A stretch of DNA of 64,000 nt from Lama guanicoe (lineage: Eukaryota). Of this stretch, positions 48,676 through 58,242 are shown piece after piece. The DNA lies in the NCBI GenBank assembly GCA_013239625.1, contig MU053588.1, positions 3,314,799 to 3,378,798 of the forward strand, in the 5' to 3' direction. A program made the translations under genes and the position numbers. How positions within the stretch are numbered: the stretch's first letter is position 1; each line of letters begins with the position of its first letter. A model generated the notes under the pieces. It was not told the DNA's origin. It saw nothing but the letters and a program-made list of their open reading frames with translations, and did not search any database.

Positions 48676-50027
48676 GAGGAGGAGTGGAGGAGGGGAGGAG
48701 AGAGAGACAGAGGCTTGATTGTGTGGAGTCTGAGACAGCCTACAGAATAGGCGGGCTCGGCAGACCCCTTGCCAGGCTCCCCACTAAGTATCACGTGGCT
48801 TTCATCCGTGGTGGAAATGGAGTCCCCTGTTCATCCTTGGTGGGGATGATTTGATGAGACCCTTTTTCTCCATTGGGCTCTGATGGAGGAGGAGAATAAG
48901 AGAGACCTGGGCAAAGCGCAGCTCTGGCCATTTTGCTGTGGGCCAGCGGAGTACTGCCTGGGTGTGCAGGCTCTGTGGGAGCTGGGGTGGGATTAGAAAG
49001 AATAAGGAAAACAGAGTGGTGGAAATTTCCCCTCATACCACTTTTGCCTCTCCAGACACTATTTCTGCCGAGGAGAAGTAACCTTAAAAGTTTAGGTTGG
49101 AGCTGCTTGGGGAGAGGGCTGAAGGTCAAAGTGTCAGGTGACAGCAGGGAGAGGGGACTCTTTCATGCACTCATTCATTCCAAAGACACAGTCCTAGACT
49201 GGGCGGCAGTGATTCCAGCCTGGGCCCTAAGGAGCCCACAGTCTGGGGCATAGGGTGGGGGTCACTGCCCAGGTGGTCAGGGTACTTTAGGGGGCAGGGG
49301 TGGGGTGGGGGTTCCCAGATAAGAGAGACACTGACTGACTGGGTAGTCAGGGAAGACCTCCCAGAGGAGGTGATGTGAAGCTTAGGCCTTAAAGACGAGC
49401 AGGAGTTTGCTAGTGGAGAAGGAAGAGGTCGCCCCAGGTGGGAGAAGAGCAGAGGCAAAGACCTGGAGGAGGAAGAGCAGGGCTTCGGGGCCACTCTTGT
49501 TCATTCAACCCACACATCCCATTAGGGACCCTGAGATGAGCCAGACCTGCCCTTAAGGGGTTCTTAGCCTGATGGGGAAGACATTCTGGGGCCCAGATGG
49601 CTACAGCCTTTAGGACAGTGACAGGTAGATGGATCCAGAGTAAAGGGAACAGAGGAGAGACCTCTGAGGACATCAGGGGTGACTTCATGGAGGACAGAGC
49701 CCGTGCTGGGTCCTGAAGGATGACTAGGAGGTCACCAGGCAGAATGCGGAAGAGCATTCCAGGCAGAGGGACTAGCCCATGCCAAGGCTCTTTGTTACAT
49801 GTTGGAAAGACAGCAGGACAGAGGCAGGAATAAATAAGAGACAAAAAGAGCTGCAGGGAGGGATGTTCCTCTCTCTGTCTAGTCTTCTGAGCTGGGTGAT
49901 GCCGGGGACTCAGGGGTGAGTCAGACCAGGCCTGCCCCCTGGTCTGGTGGGAAAGGACCGGGACGCAGGTGACCACAGCCCTGTGGGCTCAGGGCTAGGA
50001 CAGCGAGAAGGCACGTCTGTGGGAGGC

Positions 50028-50414
50028 TGTATTAGTTTGCTAGGGCTTCCATAACAAAGTACCACACACTGCATGGCTTAAACAAGAGAAATTAATTTTC
50101 TTGAAATTCTAGAAACTAGAAGTCCAAGGTCAAGGTGTTGGCAAGGTTGGTTTCTTCTGAGGCCAGTCCTCCTTGGCTTGGGATGACTATCTGCTCCCTG
50201 TATCTTCACACGGTCTTCCCTTTGTGCATGTCCGTGTCCCAATCTCTTCGTATAAGGACACCAGCTGTATTGAATCAGGGCCCACCCTAAGGGTCTCATT
50301 TTAACTTAATTACCTCTTTAAAGATCTTATCTCCAAAGAAAGTCACATTCTGAGGTAATAGGGGGTTAGGGCTTCAACATATGAACACTGAAGGACACAA
50401 CTCAACCCCTAACA
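50028..50414 (-). mobile_element. MaLR solo LTR (MLT1B-like), complete, with 5-bp TSD
   Basis: TG...CA termini (tgtattagtttgctagggc...caactcaacccctaaca), 387 bp, flanked by GAGGC at 50023-50027 and 50415-50419. Confidence 0.9.
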
Positions 50415-51039
50415 GAGGCCAAGAATGAGCATGGACTCTGGGGCGGAGGTGAGGCTTCCCTGGTCTGTGGGAGGGGCATTCGCTAGCTAGGCCGGGAGTG
50501 TAGAACCTGTAAGGTCTGGACTCCGTGGTCATAGAGCAGGCTGCACAAGTGGCAAGAGACGGGCAGCAGAGGGTGACAGGGGCCATACCCTGGAGGTCAG
50601 GATGAGGAGCCTGGGCTTTTCTTGGGGAGACGGGGAGCCGTGGAAGGTTTCAGGGCCAGGGAAGGATCTCCCTGTGGCACTGTGGACACTAGCTAGAAGG
50701 AGGGGCTGGGGAGGGGGCTGGGGCAGGGCTTTCCAGAATGTTAAGAAGGGTGGGATTTAGGGCTGCATCGGGGTTAGTGGTTGCCTGGAGCAGGGCCAAG
50801 GTCTGGGTGATTTAAAGGATCAAGCAGGACTCCTGCTTCTGATACCCCAAAGTCAGGAGAGGAGGGCCTCATCCCCTGGCTCCCTTTGTGTCCTCCTGTG
50901 TCTCTCAGCATCCTTAGCCACTCAGTGCCTGGAAACAGGGCCTGAGCTCTGGCAGCATCTGGTCACCTGCTCCCCACCCCCACCCTCATAAGCTTATGCC
51001 TTAATAGGACTATATGCTGGCTTATTATTTAATTTTTTT

Positions 51040-51655
51040 AGCTTAGAATCTTTTCCTTTTTTATGAAAACATAATGTACATATAGCAAAGTGCTCAAATT
51101 TTAAATGTACAGCTTGATGAATTTTTACATATGTATAGACCCACATAACCACCAAGCAGATCAGGATAAAAAACATTTCCAACCCCCTGTAGGCTTCCTC
51201 ACACCCTTTCCCAGTCAACACTCAACCAAAGGTGCCCACTAATCTGACCTTGATCTAATATCATCTTGCCTCTTTCTGAGTTTCACATAAAAATTGGAGT
51301 CCTAGTGTCTGCCCACTTTTGTGTCTGACATCTTTCCCTCAGCATCATGTCTCTGAGATCCAGTGTGTGTGATGCAGGATTTGGTTCTTTTCCTTGCTGT
51401 GGAGTATTTTATTGTCTAGATGTACCAATGTTGTTGACCTGTTAACAGGCCCTTGAGCTATTTCCATTTGGGGGAGCACATTATAAAAGGACCTCAGGGA
51501 ACATGTGTGCCCGTGGGCGCTCGTGGGCAGGACGCTCCTTTCTCTTGGGTGGACACCTGGGGGTGGATGTGCTGGGTTACAGGGAAGGGGCATCTCTCCA
51601 GCTTTCCTGAATTATTGCTTGTATCGATTTACACCCCCACCAGCAGTGTGTGACC
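51040..51655 (-). mobile_element. Ancient L1M 3' fragment
   Basis: aaatgtacagcttgatgaatttttac...cagatcaggataaaaaacatttcc...atttacacccccaccagcagtgt. Confidence 0.8.
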
Positions 51656-53249
51656 TGGCTTTTTAATCAGAAATTTAAAATCCTAGTGGCGTTTTGTGTT
51701 GAGTAATCTTCAATGGCAAAATTCCTGGACTTTTTTTTTTTCCAATTGCTGAGGTTATCCCAGCTCCTCCTTTAGCTGGCCTTGTGTGAATATCTTGGAT
51801 GCAGAGCACACTAGAGTTGGACAGCTCCTTTGATAGGGTGGGGTCGTGGTCTTGGCAGGGATTTGGAATGAGTTGTGGGGGAGACTTTAGGGTCAGAGTC
51901 AGGGTCAGGAGTAAGGTCTAGGGCCAAGTTGGGAGTCGAGATCAGATGAAGGACTCAGGCCATCTGGATGGGAGTTAGGAATCAGGGTGGGTAAGGGGAT
52001 TGAGAGTGGGTCAGGCAGAAGCCCGGATTTGTGTGGGGGTCTACAACGAGGAAGGGTTGGGTTTGAATCAGTGTCAGGGTGAGCTTGGGTTGGAGTGACT
52101 GTGGGAGATGAGGTGCTGGAAGTCACGAACGGGTCCATCAGATGGCAGCAGTACTGGAGTCACAAAGACCCGGGTCCAATCAAGTCACCTCTGCTGTCTC
52201 ACTGTGCTCTTGGGGAGGTGAGATCCCCCTTGGAGCCTCAGTTTCCTCCTCTGTAAAATGGGGGTAATATTAGCACCAACTGCTAATGTGAGCCCTGAAT
52301 CATGTTTCTCACTGTGCTCAGCACTGGTAACACTCACCTTTCCATGATCAGCATCAGAATACTGTGAGGACAGGGGTTTGTCTCCATTGCTTTGTGTCCC
52401 CTGGTGCCAGCTTGCTGCTTGTCACCTCCCCTCAGCCACCTCCTTTCATTTCCTGGGCCTGCGGAACTGTAGGATAGGATTGTATTTGTAGGGGCAGGAT
52501 CTCTAAGTTGGATCTGGGTGTGCAGTTAGGATTCAAGGCTGAAGTCCCAGGTGAGGTCTAGGATTAAGTCTGAGGACAGGGTTGGGGCAGAGCTGATGGA
52601 GTTGGAATTGGAGTCACAGAGATCAGAGTGGGGCCACCTGTGCGCTGAGTACCCAAAGGGAGGCCAGTGGGAGTGGGGTGTGGACGGGAAAGTGGTGGGC
52701 TGTGGAGGGGGCCAGAGGGCGGCTGAATCAGAGCCGGAGATCTGAGGACTCACTCCTTTGGGGATGCTGTAGTCCCCTCACGCCTCCCAGGCCCCACTCA
52801 GAGTGGAAAACATGCCTCACCCGAAACCTGGTGAGGCTGGTGAGGCAGGACGGGGGCCTGGGCGGCAACCTGAGAGGAGGCCCGAGGCTGACTCGCTCCT
52901 TTAGAACATCACCAACCTCCCCCTGGGCAGCCAAAGCCTCCTCAGGACCAACAACCAACGTCTACCTCCCACCCTGCCCCAGGGTCTCATGGGGGCGGGG
53001 GTGACCCTCTCCGTGCCACCTTCTGGAGGGGTGAAGAGGATCCCTGAGGCCTGAAAGCCCCTCTTCTGTCCCGCTGGAGGTGGGCAGAGGCCCAGAGCAG
53101 AGGGCATGTCTCCCGGAAAGTGACACTTGCAAGGTGGCAGGGGGTGCGGGGGTATTTGGGGAGAGGCTGGGGTGGTGCTGGAGGAGGGGCCCCAGAGCCC
53201 TCCTGGCTTCTGCAACCTCACCCCACTTGCATCCCTCCTCTGTCTCCAG

Positions 53250-53315
53250 AAATAAGAATGTCTAAGCCCCTGGAGGCCGAGAAGCAAGGTCTGGACTCCC
53301 CGTCAGAGCACACAG
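53250..53315 (+). CDS. POU2F2: POU2F2 exon 2 ((E)IRMSKPLEAEKQGLDSPSEHT)
   Basis: Polypyrimidine tract with ccag| acceptor and CAG|GTGAGT donor. 66 nt, phase 1-1. Peptide matches Oct-2. Confidence 0.97.
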
Positions 53316-53427
53316 GTGAGTGGGGAAGGGAGCAGGGAGGGCAAAGGGTCACCATGGTCTGGGACAGGTGTGCGGGCAGATTTTGGGGTGTGGCTGGTGC
53401 CAACTCACCCTTTCCCTCTCTTTGCAG

Positions 53428-53462
53428 ACACTGAAAGAAATGGACCAGACACTAACCATCAG
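53428..53462 (+). CDS. POU2F2: POU2F2 exon 3 ((D)TERNGPDTNHQ)
   Basis: tttgcag| acceptor and CAG|GTCAGG donor. 35 nt, phase 1-0. Peptide matches Oct-2. Confidence 0.96.
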
Positions 53463-53604
53463 GTCAGGAGGGAGTGGATGAGCAGGAGGGTTGGGGAGGC
53501 GGAGGGGAGAAGGAAGCCAAGGGGAGCTCTGGGGGGAGGGGCAGGGTGTCAGAAGCTGCTCCATCTCATTGTTCCCATCCCCCAACCCAACTTACTCTTC
53601 GCAG

Positions 53605-53661
53605 AACCCCCAGAATAAGACCTCCCCGTTCTCCGTGTCCCCGACTGGCCCTAGCACCAAG
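53605..53661 (+). CDS. POU2F2: POU2F2 exon 4 (NPQNKTSPFSVSPTGPSTK)
   Basis: ttcgcag| acceptor and AAG|GTAAGC donor. 57 nt, phase 0-0. Peptide matches Oct-2. Confidence 0.96.
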
Positions 53662-55339
53662 GTAAGCACCTGTCAGCTCAGCCAGGGCAGGGGGAGGGGT
53701 GTCCTGTGGTGGGTGGTGTTTGGCGTTTGGGAGAGGGTCCCGGATGCCTGGTACCTCGGTGACAGGACTCCACCGCCCCTTCTCACCCTCGGGTTCCCGC
53801 CCCAGGCTTGTGACTCACCCAGGCTCCTTCCCCTTCCCTGGGGGGTGGGGGTGGCCAGGGAAATCCCCCCCAGAGCCCCAGGGCGATGAACAACAGGAAG
53901 CTGAGGGCCCCGCCCCCATCCCAACTTCCCTGACCGAACAGGGGCCTGCACCACCCCCACCCCCCCAACGCACACACTCAGGGCCAGCCAACCAGTGGGG
54001 AGGGGGTGGGGGAGGCAGACCCAGTGAGGATGGCTGTGAGGATGCTTTCAGAGAGGATGATGGGGAGGCCGGAAGTGGCAAGATACAGCAAATCCCAAAT
54101 CCAGTTGGGGCCCTGCTGCTGGGCACTCTGGGCTTCCTGGGGTGCCCGGGGCCCAGGTCTCCACCCTCCAGCCTGGTGGGGCCAGCTGACAGGGCACAGA
54201 GGGCAGGGGCAGAGGGCCATGGGCAGGACTCCTGACCCTGACCAAAGGGCAGAGGGATGGGGGTGGGAGGCTGGGAACTGCTCTGTGACCATGAGAAAAT
54301 CACTTCCCCACTCTGGGCTTCTCAGTTTCCTCTTCTCTAATATGAGGGTAGAGGCAGTCAGACTGGACAGTCTCTGAGGTCCCTTCCATGGCTGGTGTGC
54401 TTTGATGCTGCTTGAGGGGTAGGTGTCTTGTCCTGAGCATGTTGGACAGGGCCCAGGGGAGAAGGATTCAGGCTCTGGCCGTCTTCCCTCTGATCTCAGA
54501 CTGGGCTCTGGCCTTAGCCCTTGGAACTGAGAGTGTCCATCGCCCCCACCCACCGACCTGTGCCCCTGCTCCCGCCCTGGCCTGCCTATCCTCAGCTGAA
54601 TCTTGCAGCTTCTCCTTGCCCCACAGCAGCCTTGTTTCTGCACTGGGAGACCAGGGGTCCCAAGGAAGAAAGTGTTCTCACTCCCCTTCCCGGGCCTGGA
54701 CCTGGTCCCTGGGGAAAGCCGGAGGCAGAGAGGGCAGCAGCATCCACACCGTGTCCTATTCTCTGCTCCCGGCCTTTGCTTCTCCATCTCACCTCCTCTC
54801 TTCTGTGTCAGTCTTTCCCTAACTGCAGTGATTCATGTGCTCCCATCACAATTTCAGACAAACGCACACACTACCGCGTACAATTATTTACATCATAATT
54901 TTGTTAATTGCCTCAATTTTTAAAAACATTTTATTATGGAAAATGTGAAGCAGACAGAAAAGTAGGAAGAAGACCATAGTAAAAACAACTCCCTCCCCAC
55001 CAGCCCGGGTATCTGTCAATCAGCTTCAACAATTATCAACTCACAAACTGGCTCACTTTTTCACCAGTTGAAATAAAACGCTTTTTAAATGGAAATTTCA
55101 TGAATGGAAAACCAGAATCACTTGCCATGGAAATAAATGCAATGATTATTAGCATGTACTCAGAGACTCTTGCCTGCTGTAGAGTCTAAGTCTGAGGCCG
55201 GTTCTCCATTTGTTAAAAGGAGGAGATTAGCCAGTATTGGGAGATATTAACGGAGACTTTCTTAAAAGACCCAGAGAGGAAGAAAGAGCCTTGAGAGGAA
55301 CAGTGTTCTCACAATGGCACGCAGTGTTGGTTTTTCTAA

Positions 55340-55520
55340 AAACTTTTAATTAATATATGACACACCCATGTAGATACTCAGTGTACAGCTCTGTGGATTT
55401 TCACAAACTGAACAACTGTGTTGCCAGATCAAGAAGCAGAACATGACCAGACTTACAGGAGGCCCTGAATTCCCCACCAGAGGGCTTCCAGGACCCACTG
55501 TCATCTCACACTGCATCCCT
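55340..55520 (-). mobile_element. Ancient L1M 3' fragment
   Basis: agtgtacagctctgtggattttcacaaactgaaca...cagatcaagaagcagaacatgaccag. Confidence 0.7.
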
Positions 55521-56626
55521 GTATCCCTTAGACTTTCCGACACTGGTATCCCATCTTTGGGGCGTGCCACCAACTCTCTGTCGTTGTCCTTTCCCAGACC
55601 TCTGTCTGTCTCTTGGTCTCAGTCTGTATTGCAAATGCCACGCTCACTCCTACCAAGTCACTGTGTTGCCTTGCACAAGTCGCTTTCCCTCTCTGGACCT
55701 CCTCTTGCAAAAATGGAGCTGGGACATCGGGCTGAAGGATGATCTCTAATGTCCCCTCTGGGCCTGAGAGTGTGTGACTTGTCAGGTCACACCTCCTCCC
55801 ACCCCACGTGTCTTTTCCCAACAGATCTCTCCAGCAAGCCCACTGTCATCTGGCTTCTTATGTAAGAGAGGAAGGAGGCCAGGAGCGCTCTAAGCTGGTC
55901 TGTCCTATGTGTTTGATGCAAGATGCATCTGCATCCTACACAGAGAGATGAGGAGGCGCTCAGTGGACTCTGGGGTGGAGGCTGAAAGCTGGCAGCACCC
56001 GGGCCACATCTGGCCTGCAGATACCCTTTGCTGGTCCTGAAGCCTTTTTGCTTTAGATTTTGAAATGAGTGGCCAGCAGGGGCAGAGTAGGGGCTGGGCA
56101 AGCCTCCCCTCCAGGCAGGTGGGCACGCTCTCTCCAGCCACCCTGCCCACACCTGCCCACACCTGCCCGCAACCCGCATTTGTGCTATTTCCATACACTT
56201 TTGAATTCACGACCTGTGTTATAAGGCGGTGATTTTTATGTATCACCCTAAGATCCTTTCTTCCAATAAAGTCTTATTCCATTGGACAGATAAGAGATGC
56301 CCCTCTGGCTAAAGCAGATGAGAGGTCTGGGACCCACAACCCCCTTATTTGACATCCCAGGGCCCCCACTGGCCTCATTTCTCATTTTACGGATGAAACT
56401 GACTCCCAAAAGGGGAAAGGTACTCTCCGAAGCTGCCCTCTTCTGTCAGGAGTTCAGGTGCAGGGGGTGTGTTAGCCTTTGCTGACTGATGTGGAAACTG
56501 AGGCCAGAGGGGTGGCCTGAGGCCCCCACCGGTCACCACAGTTCTCACCTCCACACCCCAGTCTGCTCCTTCTGTGCTGCTGTGGGGCTGCCATGGCCAC
56601 ACACATGCCCTTTCTTTGGTTCACAG

Positions 56627-56692
56627 GTGGGCATTCTCTCTGGCCTCCACTTAACATTCTGGGGTCCCGGACCCTGCCTCTCTCCTCCCCAG
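56627..56692 (+). CDS. POU2F2: Alternative 5' extension of POU2F2 exon 5 (VGILSGLHLTFWGPGPCLSPPQ, 22 aa)
   Basis: Upstream acceptor tttctttggttcacag|GTG lies 66 nt before the main acceptor, in frame and stop-free. It matches the 22-aa insert I recall from longer Oct-2 isoforms. Confidence 0.8.
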
Positions 56693-56809
56693 ATCAAGGC
56701 TGAAGACCCCACTGGTGACTCAGCCCCAGCAGCACCCCCGCCCCCCCAGCCAGCTCAACCACATCTGCCCCAGGCCCAACTCATGTTGACGGGCAGCCAG
56801 CTAGCCGGG
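56693..56809 (+). CDS. POU2F2: POU2F2 exon 5 (IKAEDPTGDSAPAAPPPPQPAQPHLPQAQLMLTGSQLAG)
   Basis: ctctctcctccccag| acceptor and GGG|GTAAGT donor. 117 nt, phase 0-0. Near-identical to human Oct-2 as recalled (IKAEDPSGDSAPAAPLPPQPAQ...). Confidence 0.97.
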
Positions 56810-57059
56810 GTAAGTACTCGGGGTGCACAGGGCAGGGGGCACAGGCCAGCCACCTCAAATCTGTTACAGGACTGGTGGCCCGGTATGTCCTACCCAGGCC
56901 AAGGCCACTCTGTCAATGCCTGCCTCTTGCCCTCCTCTGTCTTCCTGGAAGACTTCCCGCTAACCTGCTCGGCTCAGGCACTAACTCCTGTCTGCTTTCT
57001 CTGCTTCCCCCTACTCCCACGCCCCTCCTCTGGTCCTGCTGCCCCCGACCGGCCCACAG

Positions 57060-57338
57060 CTCACGGCATTGATGCCAGCTCAGCAGCAGCTCCTCCTGCA
57101 GCAAGCGCAGGCCCAGCTCCTGGCCGCCGCCGTGCAGCAGTCCAGTGCCGCCGCCGCCGCCGCTGCCGCCTCCTCCACCTCCTCCTCCTCCTCTTCCTCC
57201 TCCTCCTCTGCCTCCTCCTCCACCTCACAGCCCCCAGCCTCCTCGGGGGGAGGCGACCTGCCACCACCACAGCCTGCCAGCCAACCCCCCGGGACCCCAC
57301 AGCTCACCCTGTCCCAGCCCATCCAGCTCACTGCACAG
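57060..57338 (+). CDS. POU2F2: POU2F2 cassette exon (LTALMPAQQQLLLQQAQAQLLAAAVQQS...PQLTLSQPIQLTAQ), 93 aa, Oct-1-like Gln-rich segment
   Basis: cccacag| acceptor and CAG|GTAAGG donor. 279 nt, phase 0-0, no stop. Both ends resemble the corresponding POU2F1 exon (PAQQQLLLQQAQ...LLAAAVQQ; LSQPIQ). Confidence 0.85.
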
Positions 57339-57809
57339 GTAAGGGCAGCCCCAGGGAGCACGCTCCCTCCAGCCCAGGACCTAGGGAAGTCGGGAGGTGC
57401 AGGGGCCCGGCTGGTCCACATGGACCACGCTGAGCACCAGCCACGTGCCAGGCAGTTCCCAGCCACCCCAGGAAGGCTTGGGAGATGCTGCCACTTCCCT
57501 CTCAGAGGGGTAAAGCGAGGCTCACAGGGAGGACACCCTCCTCTTGATGGGAGTGCCTGGCTACCCGGTTTCTATTTTCTAAGGTTGGTGCGTTATCCTC
57601 AGTTCACCGCTGAGGAAACCAGGGCCCACCCCCATGAACAGTACCTGTGTGGGTGCAAAACGAAAGGCAGAACCAGAATCAGGGCCCCCATATCATGTCC
57701 CCTGGCTCATCCAGTGAGACACGCTATCAGAAAGGGGCCTGTGATCTACGAGTTAGAAAATGCTACATTCTCTTTTCCCATTCTGGAGACTCCTGGAATC
57801 ATTAGTGGC

Positions 57810-58242
57810 TGTGTTAGTTTCTAGGGCTGCCATAACAAAGTATCGCAAACGGGGTGGCTTGAAACAATAGAAATTCATCATCATCTCAGACCAGAAATCC
57901 AAAATCAATGTGTCAGCAGAGCTGAGCTCACTCTGAAGGCTCTAGGGAAGAATCCTTCTTTGCCTCTCCTAACCTGTGGTGTGGCTGGAAATCTTGGGGA
58001 TGGATCACTCCATCTCTGCCTCTGTCGTCTCATGGCCCTCTTCTCTCTGTGCACATTTGTCTCTGTGTCCAAATTTCCCCTTCTTATAAGGACACCAGTC
58101 ATTGGATTAGGGTCCACTCTAACGACCTCATTTTAACTTGATTACATCTGCAAAGACCCATTTCCAAATAAGGTCATATTTAGAGGCACCAGGGGTGTGA
58201 ACTCCCACGGTAATTTTTTGGAGGACACAATTTAACCCATGA
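57810..58242 (-). mobile_element. MaLR solo LTR (MLT1C-like)
   Basis: tgtgttagtttctagggctgccataacaaagta...ttcttataaggacaccagtcattggattaggg...ggacacaatttaaccc. Possible degenerate TSD GTGGC/TTGGC. Confidence 0.85.

Noticed and set aside
54820..55330. AT-rich block that may be a DNA transposon with an L1 piece inside
   Set aside because: Probably repeat-derived, but I cannot assign a family or boundaries reliably.
56489..57433. 314-aa ORF read as a single-exon gene
   Set aside because: Only 56627/56693-56809 is real coding sequence. The remainder is intron read-through and the wrong frame of the cassette exon.
57339..57824. Continuation of the cassette-exon frame to a stop at 57824 as a terminal exon
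   Set aside because: There is a strong donor at 57339, the downstream peptide is unremarkable and partly MIR-like, and the stop lies inside an MLT1 LTR.
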